A stretch of DNA of 62,604 nt, filler included, from Globobulimina sp. (taxonomy: Eukaryota), in the NCBI GenBank assembly GCA_003354225.1. It is 20 parts of 20 records of this genome, joined end to end, with 100 filler letters (N's around TTAATTAATTAA, not from the genome) between each part and the next. Parts side by side here need not be neighbours in the genome. Positions count along the whole stretch, not along the records: positions 25,092 to 28,127 come from PIVH01003937.1; positions 28,228 to 31,263 come from PIVH01003938.1; positions 31,364 to 34,399 come from PIVH01003939.1; positions 34,500 to 37,534 come from PIVH01003940.1; 16 more parts are not named here. The stretch is one strand, 5' to 3'. This document shows, one piece after another, positions 25,269-36,214 of the stretch. Under the pieces are notes generated by a model, which was not told where the DNA came from, did not search any database, and saw only the letters and a program-made list of their open reading frames with translations. Both the position numbers and the translations under genes were made by a program. The first letter of the stretch is position 1. Every line of letters starts with the position of its first letter.

Positions 25269-28055
25269 TTATTGAAGATTAGTACAACTTTTAACATGAC
25301 TGACATACCAACCCATGTGGTCATATCCTTTACCACAAATACCACAGTTCCAGCTTTTTCTACAATGCTTAACATGCTCATTCCTTGCTTTATGCCCTGC
25401 ACTATTGGCATTCCTCCACGTTGCACCACACCGATTACACATTAACTGCGTATTAGGAAACCGAGGCAATTGATTACGAATTCTACCAATTATTTTGTTC
25501 TTTTTTCTTTCTGCTTCTTCCCTCATTCTACGCTGTCTCTCTTTTCTGTCTCTTTCTTCCCTTTCCCTTCTTCTTTGTTCCTCTCTTTCTCTCTCTCTCT
25601 CCAATCTTTCCCTATCTCTTTCTTGTTGCTCTCGTTGTTCCCGTTCCCGTTGCAATTGCGCATTTTCTCTCCTCTGTTGCTTCATTTTCTGTTCCCATTC
25701 CGATTCAATTTGCGGTCTCCGATATAAATTAATTTCATTCTGATTCAATATTTTTTTATCATACGGTTTAACAGCATCATCGTTTTTACCTTCTTGTGTG
25801 AGTGTTACTGCTTCATTGTTTCCTTCTTTTTTATCGTGTACTTGTTGTTCATAAATCTGATCTGTATCATCTTGCAATTGTTGTCCAGGCGCCCAGGGAG
25901 GTGGAGGTTGTTCATATTGTTGCTGTTGGGGTGGTAGTGATGGTGCAGATGGCGCTGGTTGCATTTCTGTGCCCGCCGTACAGACCGCAATACGTTTCAT
26001 GTCCTTTATTTTAGTTATTTCTTTTCACATAACATTATATAAAATAGCACAGAAATCTTAGCTGCTTTTGGTTGACTGCATCTTGAACATTTTGAATCAG
26101 TTGCTTTATTTTGAAAAGTACACGACACACATTTCCATTTATTAAAATCTGATAACTGTGGACTCGTAATGATAACATTTAAATCTTTATTTTGTTTTTG
26201 TTTTTTTTTATTTGCTGCGACATAAGATACAAATCCACATATAACGAAACCAACAATTGCCAATATAACATAAACAGCGTCATTTCCTGAACCTGATCCT
26301 GACCCTGATCCTGAACCGGTGGCTGACCCAACAGAGAATGGACAACAATCATTATCATTACATCGATACTGTGAATCGTCAGAATTAAATGTTGTAACGG
26401 TTGAGGTTGAAGTATCCTCATCGCAGTACCAGGTTATAGCACAGTTATAACCACCCGAGTCATAAGTATCCGGGCAATTTAATGTCATATAGTCAGCTTC
26501 ATATCCATTTGCTACATAAACAGCAACTGATCTACATGATGATTGTTGCAATGCGCAAGATAAACTAAATACATTTTCATCAATGTATGGCGGATATACT
26601 GTCATAGAATAGCACGCTCCGACAGAATTGCAATTTATTTCCAAATTGTTTGCATCTGAAGCATATATATTAGACGAAGATAGTCCATAATCGTTGGCAG
26701 TGAATGTTGCCATATTGGAGACAGATTCAATGTGAAATTCAGCTGAATAGCAATCATAATAACCACTGCATTGAACCGATACTGTGTTTGACTGTTGAGA
26801 CCATAATGATAAATCATAACAACCTCCGCCATATTGAGAATTAGCAGCATTGTCGCATTCTATATTAACAGTGTTTGTGTCAGGCAATAAAAAAACAGCA
26901 TCACGACACGAATATCCTGCTGACGCTGTACAAAAAATATCAATTTTATCGATTGGACCTTGGGAAATATATAATTTATCGCAGGCATATTGACCATCAC
27001 ATCTTAATGTTAAATGATTTGTTAACCCGCCATATATTGTGGCTGAATCGCATGAACGCGAACCTGCACATTGGATATAACAACCTGTTTTTGTATAGAT
27101 CTCGTATATGTTTATATTTATATAATTAATGTAGTACTGTATACCTGCAGTGTTATTGCAGTTAATCTGTTTATACATAACATTGTCATCATTGGTCATA
27201 AAATAATATTGACCAGTTCCATTTTCAATGGTTGGTATTACGGCATTTGGAAGCATCTCCCTTTCTGTTGAACTTTGTATCATAGCCTCCACATTTGTCC
27301 ATGGACAGCAATCATTATCATTGCATTCATATTTTGCATTTTCTGTAGAAAATGTAGTCACAGTGGCTGCAGATGATGAGATATCCGCACACACAAAATT
27401 TATACTGCAAATATAATCATTTGCATTTGTTCTGGGACAATCTAACTCCATGTAATTGGTTGTAAACGATGTTGATTTTGGCACTGTAATAGTCACAGTG
27501 CGACACGAACCACCGATTGCTCCACAAAATAAGCTAAATATATATTGATGCTTATATGGTGGGAATACATTCATATTATAGCATGAACTAAGAGCATTAC
27601 AACGTATTTCCAAATTATTTGCATTGGCAGCATATATGTTGGAAGTGGATAATGCGTAATCATTGGCGGTTAATATTGCTTTATTAGATACAAAATCTAA
27701 ATGAAATTCAGCTGAATAACAATCATAGTATGAACTACAAGCAATGTTGACCGTTGTTGCATATTTTGCCCATAATGATACATCGTAACAGCCTCCACCG
27801 TATTGATAGTTTGCAGCGTTATCACATTCCATATTAATAATAGTTGTTTCAGATACAACAAAAACAGCATCACGGCAGGAATATCCAAATCGCGATGTAC
27901 AAAAAATGTCAACTTTATTGATTGGACCTTGAGAAATATATGCGGAATCACAGGAATATTGACCATCGCATTCCAATAATAAATAATTAGTGGATGCGGC
28001 ATATATTGTTGCAGATTTACATGAATTGGATCCGCTGCATTTCACATAACAACCT
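25269..28055 (-). CDS. Type I membrane protein: Cys-rich repeat ectodomain, TM, RanBP2-type zinc finger, coiled coil, two C2HC/C2H2-like fingers; 5'-truncated
   Basis: Two ~250-aa Cys-rich repeats, a GS linker, TM AVYVILAIVGFVICGFVSYVAA and WKCVSCTFQN...CSRC. In-frame intron 27085..27144. Phase-0 intron 26004..26050 links to ORF 25269..26000 (CNRC...HVKHC; CGIC...HVKSC). Confidence 0.65.
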
Positions 28056-28227
28056 TTTTTATTTAATTTGTATATAAGTCAATAGAAACATAGTAAGAAG
28101 GCATATATATATATTTATACCGGCAATNNNNNNNNNNNNNNNNNNNNNNNNNNNNNNNNNNNNNNNNNNNNTTAATTAATTAANNNNNNNNNNNNNNNNN
28201 NNNNNNNNNNNNNNNNNNNNNNNNNNN

Positions 28228-28673
28228 AAGAGAATGGCTTTGATAATATGTTAATAATTCCATCAATCACTGATCAACATTTGAAAGAGATTGGTATTAA
28301 AAAAGCTGGCCATAGAATGAAAATTATGTTTTTTATAAATGAAATGAAAAATAAATCAAATTTAAAAGATGAAAATGCATTAAACGCAAAAGAGAAAGAG
28401 ATAAATTCGGTGAAAGAATGGTTAACAAAGACAGTTGGACTTGGACAATATTTTAATAATTTTATTGAAGATGGCTATGAGGATATGATTACAATTACAA
28501 ACAGTATGAATGAACAGGATTTAATTGATATGGGCATAAATAAAAAAGGACACAGGAAAAAAATTCTTATTTTCATTGAAAAATATAAAAATGTTGACCA
28601 ATATTCACAAATTGAAGGAGGTAATGATAAAAATGGAATTGTTGCTCCAAATGTTCAAGATACTGCTAAATAA
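28228..28673 (+). CDS. C-terminal fragment with tandem SAM domains
   Basis: ITDQHLKEIGIKKAGHRMKI and VKEWL..VGLGQYFNNFIEDGY..DLIDMGINKKGHRKKI. Confidence 0.85.
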
Positions 28674-28800
28674 TAATTAAATATCGCCAAATGTAAAAAC
28701 CAGTTTACTTTAATTTGCAGTGTTTTTTTTTTGAAAGATGTCACTTGTTACACTGTTCATTATGAATTAGCTCCTCGATCACTACTCGAACGCATCCGAA

Positions 28801-30189
28801 ATGATAAAGAAAGCACCTCCTGGAAGCCATGAATTAACACCTCTGCAAACCTCAAATGATGCAATACCAAATTATACGACATTAGCTTCAACAGACACAC
28901 CAACAAAGACTCAAACAAATATATCAATAACAAGTTGTGCTCTCAGTTTATTTACATTGGCTCAGTTGAATATGTATTTATCGCGAACAATAATTTACCC
29001 GTTTGCTACAATATTTGCCTTTTCCTATAACATGACACCATCAACATTTTCATTCATAATGTCTGCTTTTGATTTTGGCGGAGTAGTTGCTGTCTTATTA
29101 ACTTTATTGCCACGATTCAACAGATTCCCGATCAGGTATTGCATGTTTGTCGTATTGATAATGTGCAGTATCCTCAATATGGCAATGACGATATGGACCG
29201 GATTCATTGCACTGTTCAGCATCCGTTTACTGACCGGAATATTTGCCACCGTCGGATCCGCACAAATTCGCGGCAGTTTAGGTGCGACATTAAAACGCAA
29301 ATCAAGTGCATTGCAGTCACCTTTAACATTTGGTGTAATGTTGATTGAGTCGGCATGGTCCATTGCTACGTTTGGATGGATGTTTATTGGCATTGGCATA
29401 CACCAAATATCTGTCAACTTTGCCTGGTACACTATCTCTGGCAGCACATTATTAGCATGCATATTATCATATTTTTTGCCGGATTTTAGTATCTATCAAG
29501 CAACGCAGCACACCGCTCATCGACAAATTATGCCACCATCAAATATTAATACCGGTTCTGTAACGGATGTAACTGATCCAAAGAAACATAATTCGACTGT
29601 CAAGATTTTGAATCGTGATTTGTATATCTTATATCTAGGGATGTTTATGAATGGGATACCATTTTATTGCTTTTTCAGTACATTCGGGGGTTTTATGCAA
29701 GACACTTTCCATTTAAATCCGGCACAATTAGGGACTGTGACGTTGACCATAACTGCGGGCGAATTGAGTGCATTGATATCGTCGTGTTGCATCGCAAAAT
29801 TCAAATCGAATATGTTTATTGTTATTTTAGGTTCGTGTTGTGGAGCAATTGTGTTTTCTGCGTTTGTTATAATGTTAAATATAAACTGTTTGACACTGAC
29901 CAATGCCATGGTTATATTATATCTGTTTACTTATACGATTGAGTTATCATATTTAAATTCAATTGTCTGCACTTTACATTTCGCTACGCCTGGATATGAA
30001 GCTACTGCCTCATTAATTGGTCAGTTTGTATCGAGATCATCATCAATATTTGCTATTATTATCGGTGTGCATATTGTAGAATGGATGTCATTTCAATTTT
30101 TAATCCAAATGCTCATCATTGCGCAATTGATATCAATTGGAATATTTTGGTGGTTATATCGATTGGATAAAAGAAAAACAATCAAGTAA
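28801..30189 (+). CDS. Major facilitator superfamily transporter
   Basis: 462 aa with about 12 hydrophobic segments in a 6+6 layout, a central loop, IRLLTGIF (motif B-like) and TFGGFMQDTFHLNPAQLG. Confidence 0.7.
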   Translation: MIKKAPPGSHELTPLQTSNDAIPNYTTLASTDTPTKTQTNISITSCALSLFTLAQLNMYLSRTIIYPFATIFAFSYNMTPSTFSFIMSAFDFGGVVAVLLTLLPRFNRFPIRYCMFVVLIMCSILNMAMTIWTGFIALFSIRLLTGIFATVGSAQIRGSLGATLKRKSSALQSPLTFGVMLIESAWSIATFGWMFIGIGIHQISVNFAWYTISGSTLLACILSYFLPDFSIYQATQHTAHRQIMPPSNINTGSVTDVTDPKKHNSTVKILNRDLYILYLGMFMNGIPFYCFFSTFGGFMQDTFHLNPAQLGTVTLTITAGELSALISSCCIAKFKSNMFIVILGSCCGAIVFSAFVIMLNINCLTLTNAMVILYLFTYTIELSYLNSIVCTLHFATPGYEATASLIGQFVSRSSSIFAIIIGVHIVEWMSFQFLIQMLIIAQLISIGIFWWLYRLDKRKTIK

Positions 30190-30491
30190 ATATTTAATTT
30201 TTTCTTTTTTTCTTTTTTGTTGTTGTGTGATACATAAATATTGAGATTGCTGTATGTTTTTATTGTTTTTATTTGTTTTGTTTGTTTTATTTTATTTTTG
30301 ATATTTTTTACATTCTTCTAAAAAGCGATCGTTTCGTTTCCGGTTTACTACGGACTTTTAGAGGTCAAGCAATAGAAACATTCAGTTTCATAATTTACGT
30401 GAAGCAAAAAAAAAACTTTGAGTTTAAATAAATACCCAACATATGATATGAATAAATAAATACATTTAATTAACAATATGATATAGTATCT

Positions 30492-31139
30492 TTAATAATT
30501 TTCATCATCATTTTGTACATTAAGCGGTTCCTGTTCAATGTGTAATATTTCCGATGCATTTGTTGCGTCAATATTGACTATTTGGGGTTGCTGCAGTATA
30601 ACATTACTGCTCGGTGTTCGATCTCTTCTTTGATGGGTGTCAATGTCTCGTAATCTAAACGGCCCCTTGCCATCAACCATTATCTGCACATTTCGCATTT
30701 TAATCCGCCTATATCCGGCGTATAAAGTCATAACATACAGTCGCAAACATGCTGATATCACACATAATGATGTAAATAGCATACCAGCACAGCCTGCAAG
30801 CTTCCACACATCATTTATCCCTAAAAACACAAACCTTACAAACAAGACAGCACAACAACGTACAGCGTGCAGCAAAAATAATGAAAATGGCAATGTTAAT
30901 TGTAACGCATCGACCAACTTTATGAACCATATCATGCTAAACCCAACACACCAATCCATAAACACAAGGAACAAATATACCATCAATTCCGCTGAAACTC
31001 CGTCAAATTTGCTAATGCCAGGATCGACAATGCTGAATGTTGTAGCTGACGTCCATAAACCTAAAAAAAGCATCAATAGAGACAACGCGATGGTTTCTCT
31101 CAGCGATGCAACGCGACTTCCTATGTATATGCAACACAA
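30492..31139 (-). CDS. Hypothetical membrane protein (3' portion)
   Basis: 215-aa ORF with about 4 hydrophobic segments and a polar tail. The true start is probably further upstream. Confidence 0.5.
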   Translation of the reverse strand: MCCIYIGSRVASLRETIALSLLMLFLGLWTSATTFSIVDPGISKFDGVSAELMVYLFLVFMDWCVGFSMIWFIKLVDALQLTLPFSLFLLHAVRCCAVLFVRFVFLGINDVWKLAGCAGMLFTSLCVISACLRLYVMTLYAGYRRIKMRNVQIMVDGKGPFRLRDIDTHQRRDRTPSSNVILQQPQIVNIDATNASEILHIEQEPLNVQNDDENY

Positions 31140-31492
31140 ATATACATAATTTATATATAGAAAGATACATAATACCTTGAATGTGGATGTTACTGCAACA
31201 AAACGTTTCTTTCATACTAAATGTGATTAGTTGGCAACATGTTGGTGCTGATTGGTGGAGAGANNNNNNNNNNNNNNNNNNNNNNNNNNNNNNNNNNNNN
31301 NNNNNNNTTAATTAATTAANNNNNNNNNNNNNNNNNNNNNNNNNNNNNNNNNNNNNNNNNNNNTAAGTGCTGCCATGAAGTTTTAATTTGTAGAATATTT
31401 GGGTTTCTAAATGGATGTATTCCCATAAACCATTGACCGCCATATTTCCATACATTAAATATAACATTAAATAACAACAACAAATATAAAAT

Positions 31493-31724
31493 GACTCAGT
31501 AGCTCAACGATAGAGCGTGTGTCTGCAGCTTCGGCTGTGCCACCCAACAATTCTCAATTTTTCTGACGATGCATCCAATCGATGCATTGGCGAAAAAATT
31601 AGTTTGATTACAGTTGCAAGTCAAGGTAATTTCTGAACTCATTGTTTCTCGACATAGAAATGCTCAAAATTAAATGTGGTGGTTATAACTCACATGGACG
31701 TAGGTTTGAATCCTACCTGAGTCA
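31493..31724 (+). tRNA. tRNA-like gene (apparent anticodon GCA) with a ~160-nt insertion after position 37; function uncertain
   Basis: Acceptor stem GACTCAG/CTGAGTC, D stem GCTC/GAGC, anticodon stem TGTGT/TCACA, T arm GTAGG-TTTGAAT-CCTAC. TATAAAA lies upstream and T8 at 31741. The D-loop lacks GG and the T-loop lacks C56. Confidence 0.6.
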
Positions 31725-31826
31725 GCATACAAAATTCTTATTTTTTTTGCATTCGGAGTAGTTATTGAATAACAATTATATCGATTTATATTCTATGGCC
31801 GGTACACATGCAATTAATATGCGATT

Positions 31827-33782
31827 TTATCTGTTTTGTGAATGGAGTTCTTGTTTATGAAACTTTTCCGCTTTCAATATCAATGCATCCAGCTCTTGTT
31901 TATTAATTTTCATTTTAAAGCAAGGTTTTGGTGTCGCCGCCAAGTGCTTCTTTTTCTTTTTCTTTTTCTTTTTTAAGATAAGTTGCAGTTCGAGTTGTAA
32001 TTGGACATTATTTTCATTTTTTTGTTTATTTTGTTTTATCCAAATTTTAATTCTTCTTTGATGTTCAATCACTTTTTGGTGATAATATTCGTGGATAGTT
32101 TTATTCAATGAATTTTGTGAGAACTTATATCGTTTTTCTTTTATTACATTGCCTTTACACGATTTTATTAAATGATTAATGCGTTTATCAAATTGTTTTC
32201 CTAAAATGCCAATTCGTGCATATTTTCGCATATATATTTTTCTTGCAAATCGTTGTATCGTCAATACAGAATTTCGAAAGTTTGAGATGACGACAGATAT
32301 CGGACTGAAAGAATTTGTTTGCGTTTCTAAGAAATGTGAAATGATCGATGCGCTGCGATTATATTTATTTATTTCCCGATTTAATACACATAGTTTTAGT
32401 ATGCTTTGTAATGTATTTGAATATAAATGTCCTTTCCACTCCCTTTCATTTTGCAATTTGCGACGAACAAACTTTTGTATAATGCAACAAGCCTTCATTT
32501 TGATGATCAAATCCTTCTCAGACTGGCGATGCGCAAACAATTCATCTGAAAAATAAGAAATACGCAAAACCGAATGCAAAATAAATAGCCATTTCTTCTG
32601 TAATGGCTGTAATTCTTTTTGTTTTTGCAAAGCAATTTGTCTTTGTTTTCTTTCCTGATCCTTTATTTTCAATGTTGCTAATTTTAATTCACATTCTTTT
32701 AATTTCTCATCTTCACTCCTTTGCTTTTTATTTATTGCCGATTCAATATTATCATTACATTTATTTCTATATTTCATGCGGCATAAAATGGCGGCTCTTT
32801 CATTGCAGTCTCTGGCGGTCAGATTATTATTATCCATATTATTCAGATGAAGGCAAATTAAATTCCATTTCCTATCACTTTGAATGTCTTCAAATTGCGA
32901 CAATAATTGTTTTAATCTCATATCTTGTTTCCGAGTCCATACTAAATCACTGTTTCTATGCGAACTCCACAACAAATCACCAGCCGTGGCTTTATTTGAT
33001 TTGACTTTTTCATTTTCTTTTGCTTTCTTGCTCTTTTTCTGTTTATTTTTGATAAAATCCACTCTCTGCTCAAATGAAAGCATTTCCTGTCGATTTGATT
33101 TGATTTCTTTTAATTTATTTTCTAATTTCTGTTTAATACCAATGCCAATATTCGATTCTTTTGCTTTCTTGCTTTGTGTAATGGCATTAATTCGTATTTT
33201 AAATTTCAAATTTGAGTGTGTTGACGTTTCAGATTGAACCGCAATAAAATAATATTTGTCAGAAACAAATTGTTTGTCCGTATCAGTTATAGCAATACGA
33301 CAATTATTTGACGCTTTTAATGTTCGCCATGTCGCATTATTCGATGATGGTTGCTGTGTTTCGTGCGATACAAAGACAGAGAACAATGCTGAACATACCG
33401 CTGATTTAACATCAATGTGAATACATGTCTTTTTCAAATGGATTTTCTTGCGGAAATATACGGTCTCAAATTCATTTAACACCATTTCTGTCCACTCATT
33501 CTCTGCTATTTGATGGTAATTTATTTTATTTCTCTCATTCCCATTCATTACATTCTCACATTCCAGCATTGTATCACATATTTCCTTCATTAATGAGGTT
33601 GTTTTATGTTCTCTCTCTATTTTACTTTGTTGCCATTTTTTTAGCATTTCAACTGTTTTCCTTTCTTCTCCGCTTATTTCCGTTTTAAAAACTTGTGTAT
33701 CGTTCACCAGACACATTCTCTCATTTGCATCTGCCGTCAATTGAACCAAACTCATATCATTTGGAACTGCTGCATGAGACAC
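31827..33782 (-). CDS. Protein with SANT/Myb-like domain, coiled coil and IQ-like motifs
   Basis: WTRKQDMRLKQLL...KWNLICLHL...TARDCNER is SANT-like. IIQKFVRR and TIQRFARK are IQ-like. A poly-Lys tract lies near the C-terminus. Confidence 0.55.
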   Translation of the reverse strand: MSHAAVPNDMSLVQLTADANERMCLVNDTQVFKTEISGEERKTVEMLKKWQQSKIEREHKTTSLMKEICDTMLECENVMNGNERNKINYHQIAENEWTEMVLNEFETVYFRKKIHLKKTCIHIDVKSAVCSALFSVFVSHETQQPSSNNATWRTLKASNNCRIAITDTDKQFVSDKYYFIAVQSETSTHSNLKFKIRINAITQSKKAKESNIGIGIKQKLENKLKEIKSNRQEMLSFEQRVDFIKNKQKKSKKAKENEKVKSNKATAGDLLWSSHRNSDLVWTRKQDMRLKQLLSQFEDIQSDRKWNLICLHLNNMDNNNLTARDCNERAAILCRMKYRNKCNDNIESAINKKQRSEDEKLKECELKLATLKIKDQERKQRQIALQKQKELQPLQKKWLFILHSVLRISYFSDELFAHRQSEKDLIIKMKACCIIQKFVRRKLQNEREWKGHLYSNTLQSILKLCVLNREINKYNRSASIISHFLETQTNSFSPISVVISNFRNSVLTIQRFARKIYMRKYARIGILGKQFDKRINHLIKSCKGNVIKEKRYKFSQNSLNKTIHEYYHQKVIEHQRRIKIWIKQNKQKNENNVQLQLELQLILKKKKKKKKKHLAATPKPCFKMKINKQELDALILKAEKFHKQELHSQNR

Positions 33783-33885
33783 TAATTATGAGTGCAATTA
33801 ATATATTTGCTTCCATCGAGACGTGAGTTTACAACCTGTATTTTTATTTGTAAGTTTTTTTTTTCTGCTTACTTCAGTTGGTAGC

Positions 33886-34399
33886 ATGTTGTTGTCTGTT
33901 GCTGTGACTACATTTTTATGTATTTTGGTTGTGAATGGAACGAATCAATATATTACACCAACGAGAAACGCATCTTCTGATGTAACATGCAACAAAAGCG
34001 TGGATTGTTATGTATCGTGTATTAGCGACAATAGCTGCCAGTTCTTAACCATTGAGGCAAAGCACGCAAATAATTTATATTTAGAATGTGTTGGTCGATC
34101 AGCATGCGGTCGAGTGGCTGTTGTCAGTCCAGACCAAGGCAATCTGTCTGTAAATTGCAATAAGAATGCAAGCAGCGGTGAAGGTGCCTGTGTATATATG
34201 CAAATATTTGGGGATGCTGTGAATAATATTAATATTACTTGTGAGATGGAACAAGACTGTTTTGCCATTGGTATGGATGGAATAAATGCAACAAAGAGTG
34301 TGCATATTAATTTTAAAGGTTATAAAAGTGGACAGAATGCTGCTATTAATATAACAAATGTGTTTGAATCATTTGTAGTGCAATGTAATGGCATCGAAT
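33886..34399 (+). CDS. Secreted or surface Cys-rich repeat protein (5' portion)
   Basis: Signal-peptide-like MLLSVAVTTFLCILVVNG, then repeats (DCYVSCISDNSC, LYLECVGRSAC) of the same type as the ectodomain at 26300..28055. Confidence 0.65.
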
Positions 34400-34522
34400 N
34401 NNNNNNNNNNNNNNNNNNNNNNNNNNNNNNNNNNNNNNNNNNNTTAATTAATTAANNNNNNNNNNNNNNNNNNNNNNNNNNNNNNNNNNNNNNNNNNNNA
34501 ACCGATTGAATCTGAATATTCA

Positions 34523-36115
34523 TTAGTTTTTATCGGGAATATTTAAAGAAATTGTCTGAAAATGCTGGATTTCTTTACATGCCACATTGAATTCAGCCGT
34601 TTGCTTAAATCTTAAAAATGCTCCATGCATCAAATGAAACATGCTCGTTGTCACATCATCGTACAACGAAAACAGCTCATTTGGGTTAATATTGAAGTCC
34701 ATGAAAAAAGCCGCATCATCCATTAAACCGGTTAGCCGCAATCGGCCATCGTATGCAATATTAACCTCTAATTCAGAACCGGTTTCGATATATTTCTTAT
34801 ACAATTTCAAACAAACGTGCTTTGCCTGAGTCATGAGAGTCGAGTGATTATCATTGAATTTGTACTTCGCTAAATCGCCAAATCCTTCTCGGTTAATAAC
34901 AGACGTTGGCACAACTTCACTCATCGGACATTGCAGTCCGACCTCCATTTCGTCCGTGATTGCCTTCTCATCAATAATGTCAAACCTTTGTTTAAAGGCA
35001 AATTTATATTGAATCGTTTCCACGAAACACAGCAAACATTCAGTGCTAATTTCCTTCGCTAAGTGCTGCATAAATATTTTGAAGCTCCTCTCATTTGACA
35101 GTATTTTGGGTAATTTATACGATTTATGCAAGCTTGGTTGGAGTTGGTTTGCTGACAATCTGCGAACAATCGGCGCCAACTGCAGCTTGTTGGTGTATGT
35201 GTAACTGGTTGGAGTACTCGTGTCATTATTGGAGCTTTTCCGCTTCATCAAACGTACTAATTTGATTCTGTCCTCTTCGAAGCGAATTTTGCGTGGAATG
35301 AAAATAAAAGAGACCACAGCCATCGTATAGAATAATATCGCGCCACAAGCGGGCAACACCATTAATATTACATCCATGGAATAGATACCAATTAAAAAGG
35401 AAATAATAGCAAAGGAGTTGACCGCCGCAGACGCATAGGAAACGATTTTCATTTCTTCGCGAAGGAAAAAATGATCTCGATATTCAGGTGTAACATAATA
35501 GAAAATAAAAGGAATGGCCGCAGCGATCGCGTTCCAAAATGTAGTATGAATGTGGGCTATCATTATATGAGGGGTCGTAAGCAAAAATTGATTGGCTGTC
35601 ACTATGACTGCTACATTGAACAAGTAATACGAAACAACTATTTTCTGTGTATATTGCTGCGATCCATAATCTTTTTTGTGTGTGAGCCAGAAATTGTGTT
35701 TAACCAAAGACGGATCCAAATGGAATTTCCATTCGCTATTTTCCTGCGACGCGGAATATTTTAAATCAAAATAAATATGCCAAAATCGCCAGGCTGCAGT
35801 TATAAAAATGCCAATTACTAAGAATGAATATAATGTGGAATCAAAACGGGAAACTATGAGTTGTGTCTTTGCATCAAATTGATCAAAATAACACCAATCT
35901 GTCGACATTATCGGATAATTGAAAGTGAGGAATGACAAAATGAAAATGCCATTAATTGTTAATATTTTAGGATATCGTTTTTGAATCATAATAGAACTGC
36001 GTGATTTGGAAAATCTATAAACGAAATATATGAGTGTCGGGATGCCAATGACGTAATTGCAAATTTGTTGAACAACGACCCATATAAATTTTACATTGTC
36101 GTGAATAACTACCAT
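34523..36115 (-). CDS. 7TM-RGS protein
   Basis: 530 aa with about 7 TM segments, then FMQHLAKEISTECLLCFVE, LYKKYIETGSELEVNI and FLRFKQTAEF. Paralogous to the gene at 20233. Confidence 0.85.
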   Translation of the reverse strand: MVVIHDNVKFIWVVVQQICNYVIGIPTLIYFVYRFSKSRSSIMIQKRYPKILTINGIFILSFLTFNYPIMSTDWCYFDQFDAKTQLIVSRFDSTLYSFLVIGIFITAAWRFWHIYFDLKYSASQENSEWKFHLDPSLVKHNFWLTHKKDYGSQQYTQKIVVSYYLFNVAVIVTANQFLLTTPHIMIAHIHTTFWNAIAAAIPFIFYYVTPEYRDHFFLREEMKIVSYASAAVNSFAIISFLIGIYSMDVILMVLPACGAILFYTMAVVSFIFIPRKIRFEEDRIKLVRLMKRKSSNNDTSTPTSYTYTNKLQLAPIVRRLSANQLQPSLHKSYKLPKILSNERSFKIFMQHLAKEISTECLLCFVETIQYKFAFKQRFDIIDEKAITDEMEVGLQCPMSEVVPTSVINREGFGDLAKYKFNDNHSTLMTQAKHVCLKLYKKYIETGSELEVNIAYDGRLRLTGLMDDAAFFMDFNINPNELFSLYDDVTTSMFHLMHGAFLRFKQTAEFNVACKEIQHFQTISLNIPDKN

Positions 36116-36214
36116 GGTTAGCTTATTTAGCTAGAAAACATTAAAGTTTTAGCTAGAAAAAAGTCAATAATATCCTGCCAAAGTTTTTAATTTAATTTAG
36201 CTAGCAATCGCATT
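36116..36214. promoter_or_regulatory. 99-bp divergent intergenic region with three TTTAGCTAG motifs
   Basis: Copies at 36126, 36148 and 36196, each with the palindromic core TAGCTA, between two divergent ATGs. The regulatory role is inferred. Confidence 0.4.

Noticed and set aside
31493-31724. tmRNA or group I intron interpretation of the interrupted tRNA
   Set aside because: There is no G3-U70 pair and a full D stem is present, so not tmRNA. No recognisable P/Q/R/S core, and no splice ending at a terminal G restores a 7-nt loop, so not group I.
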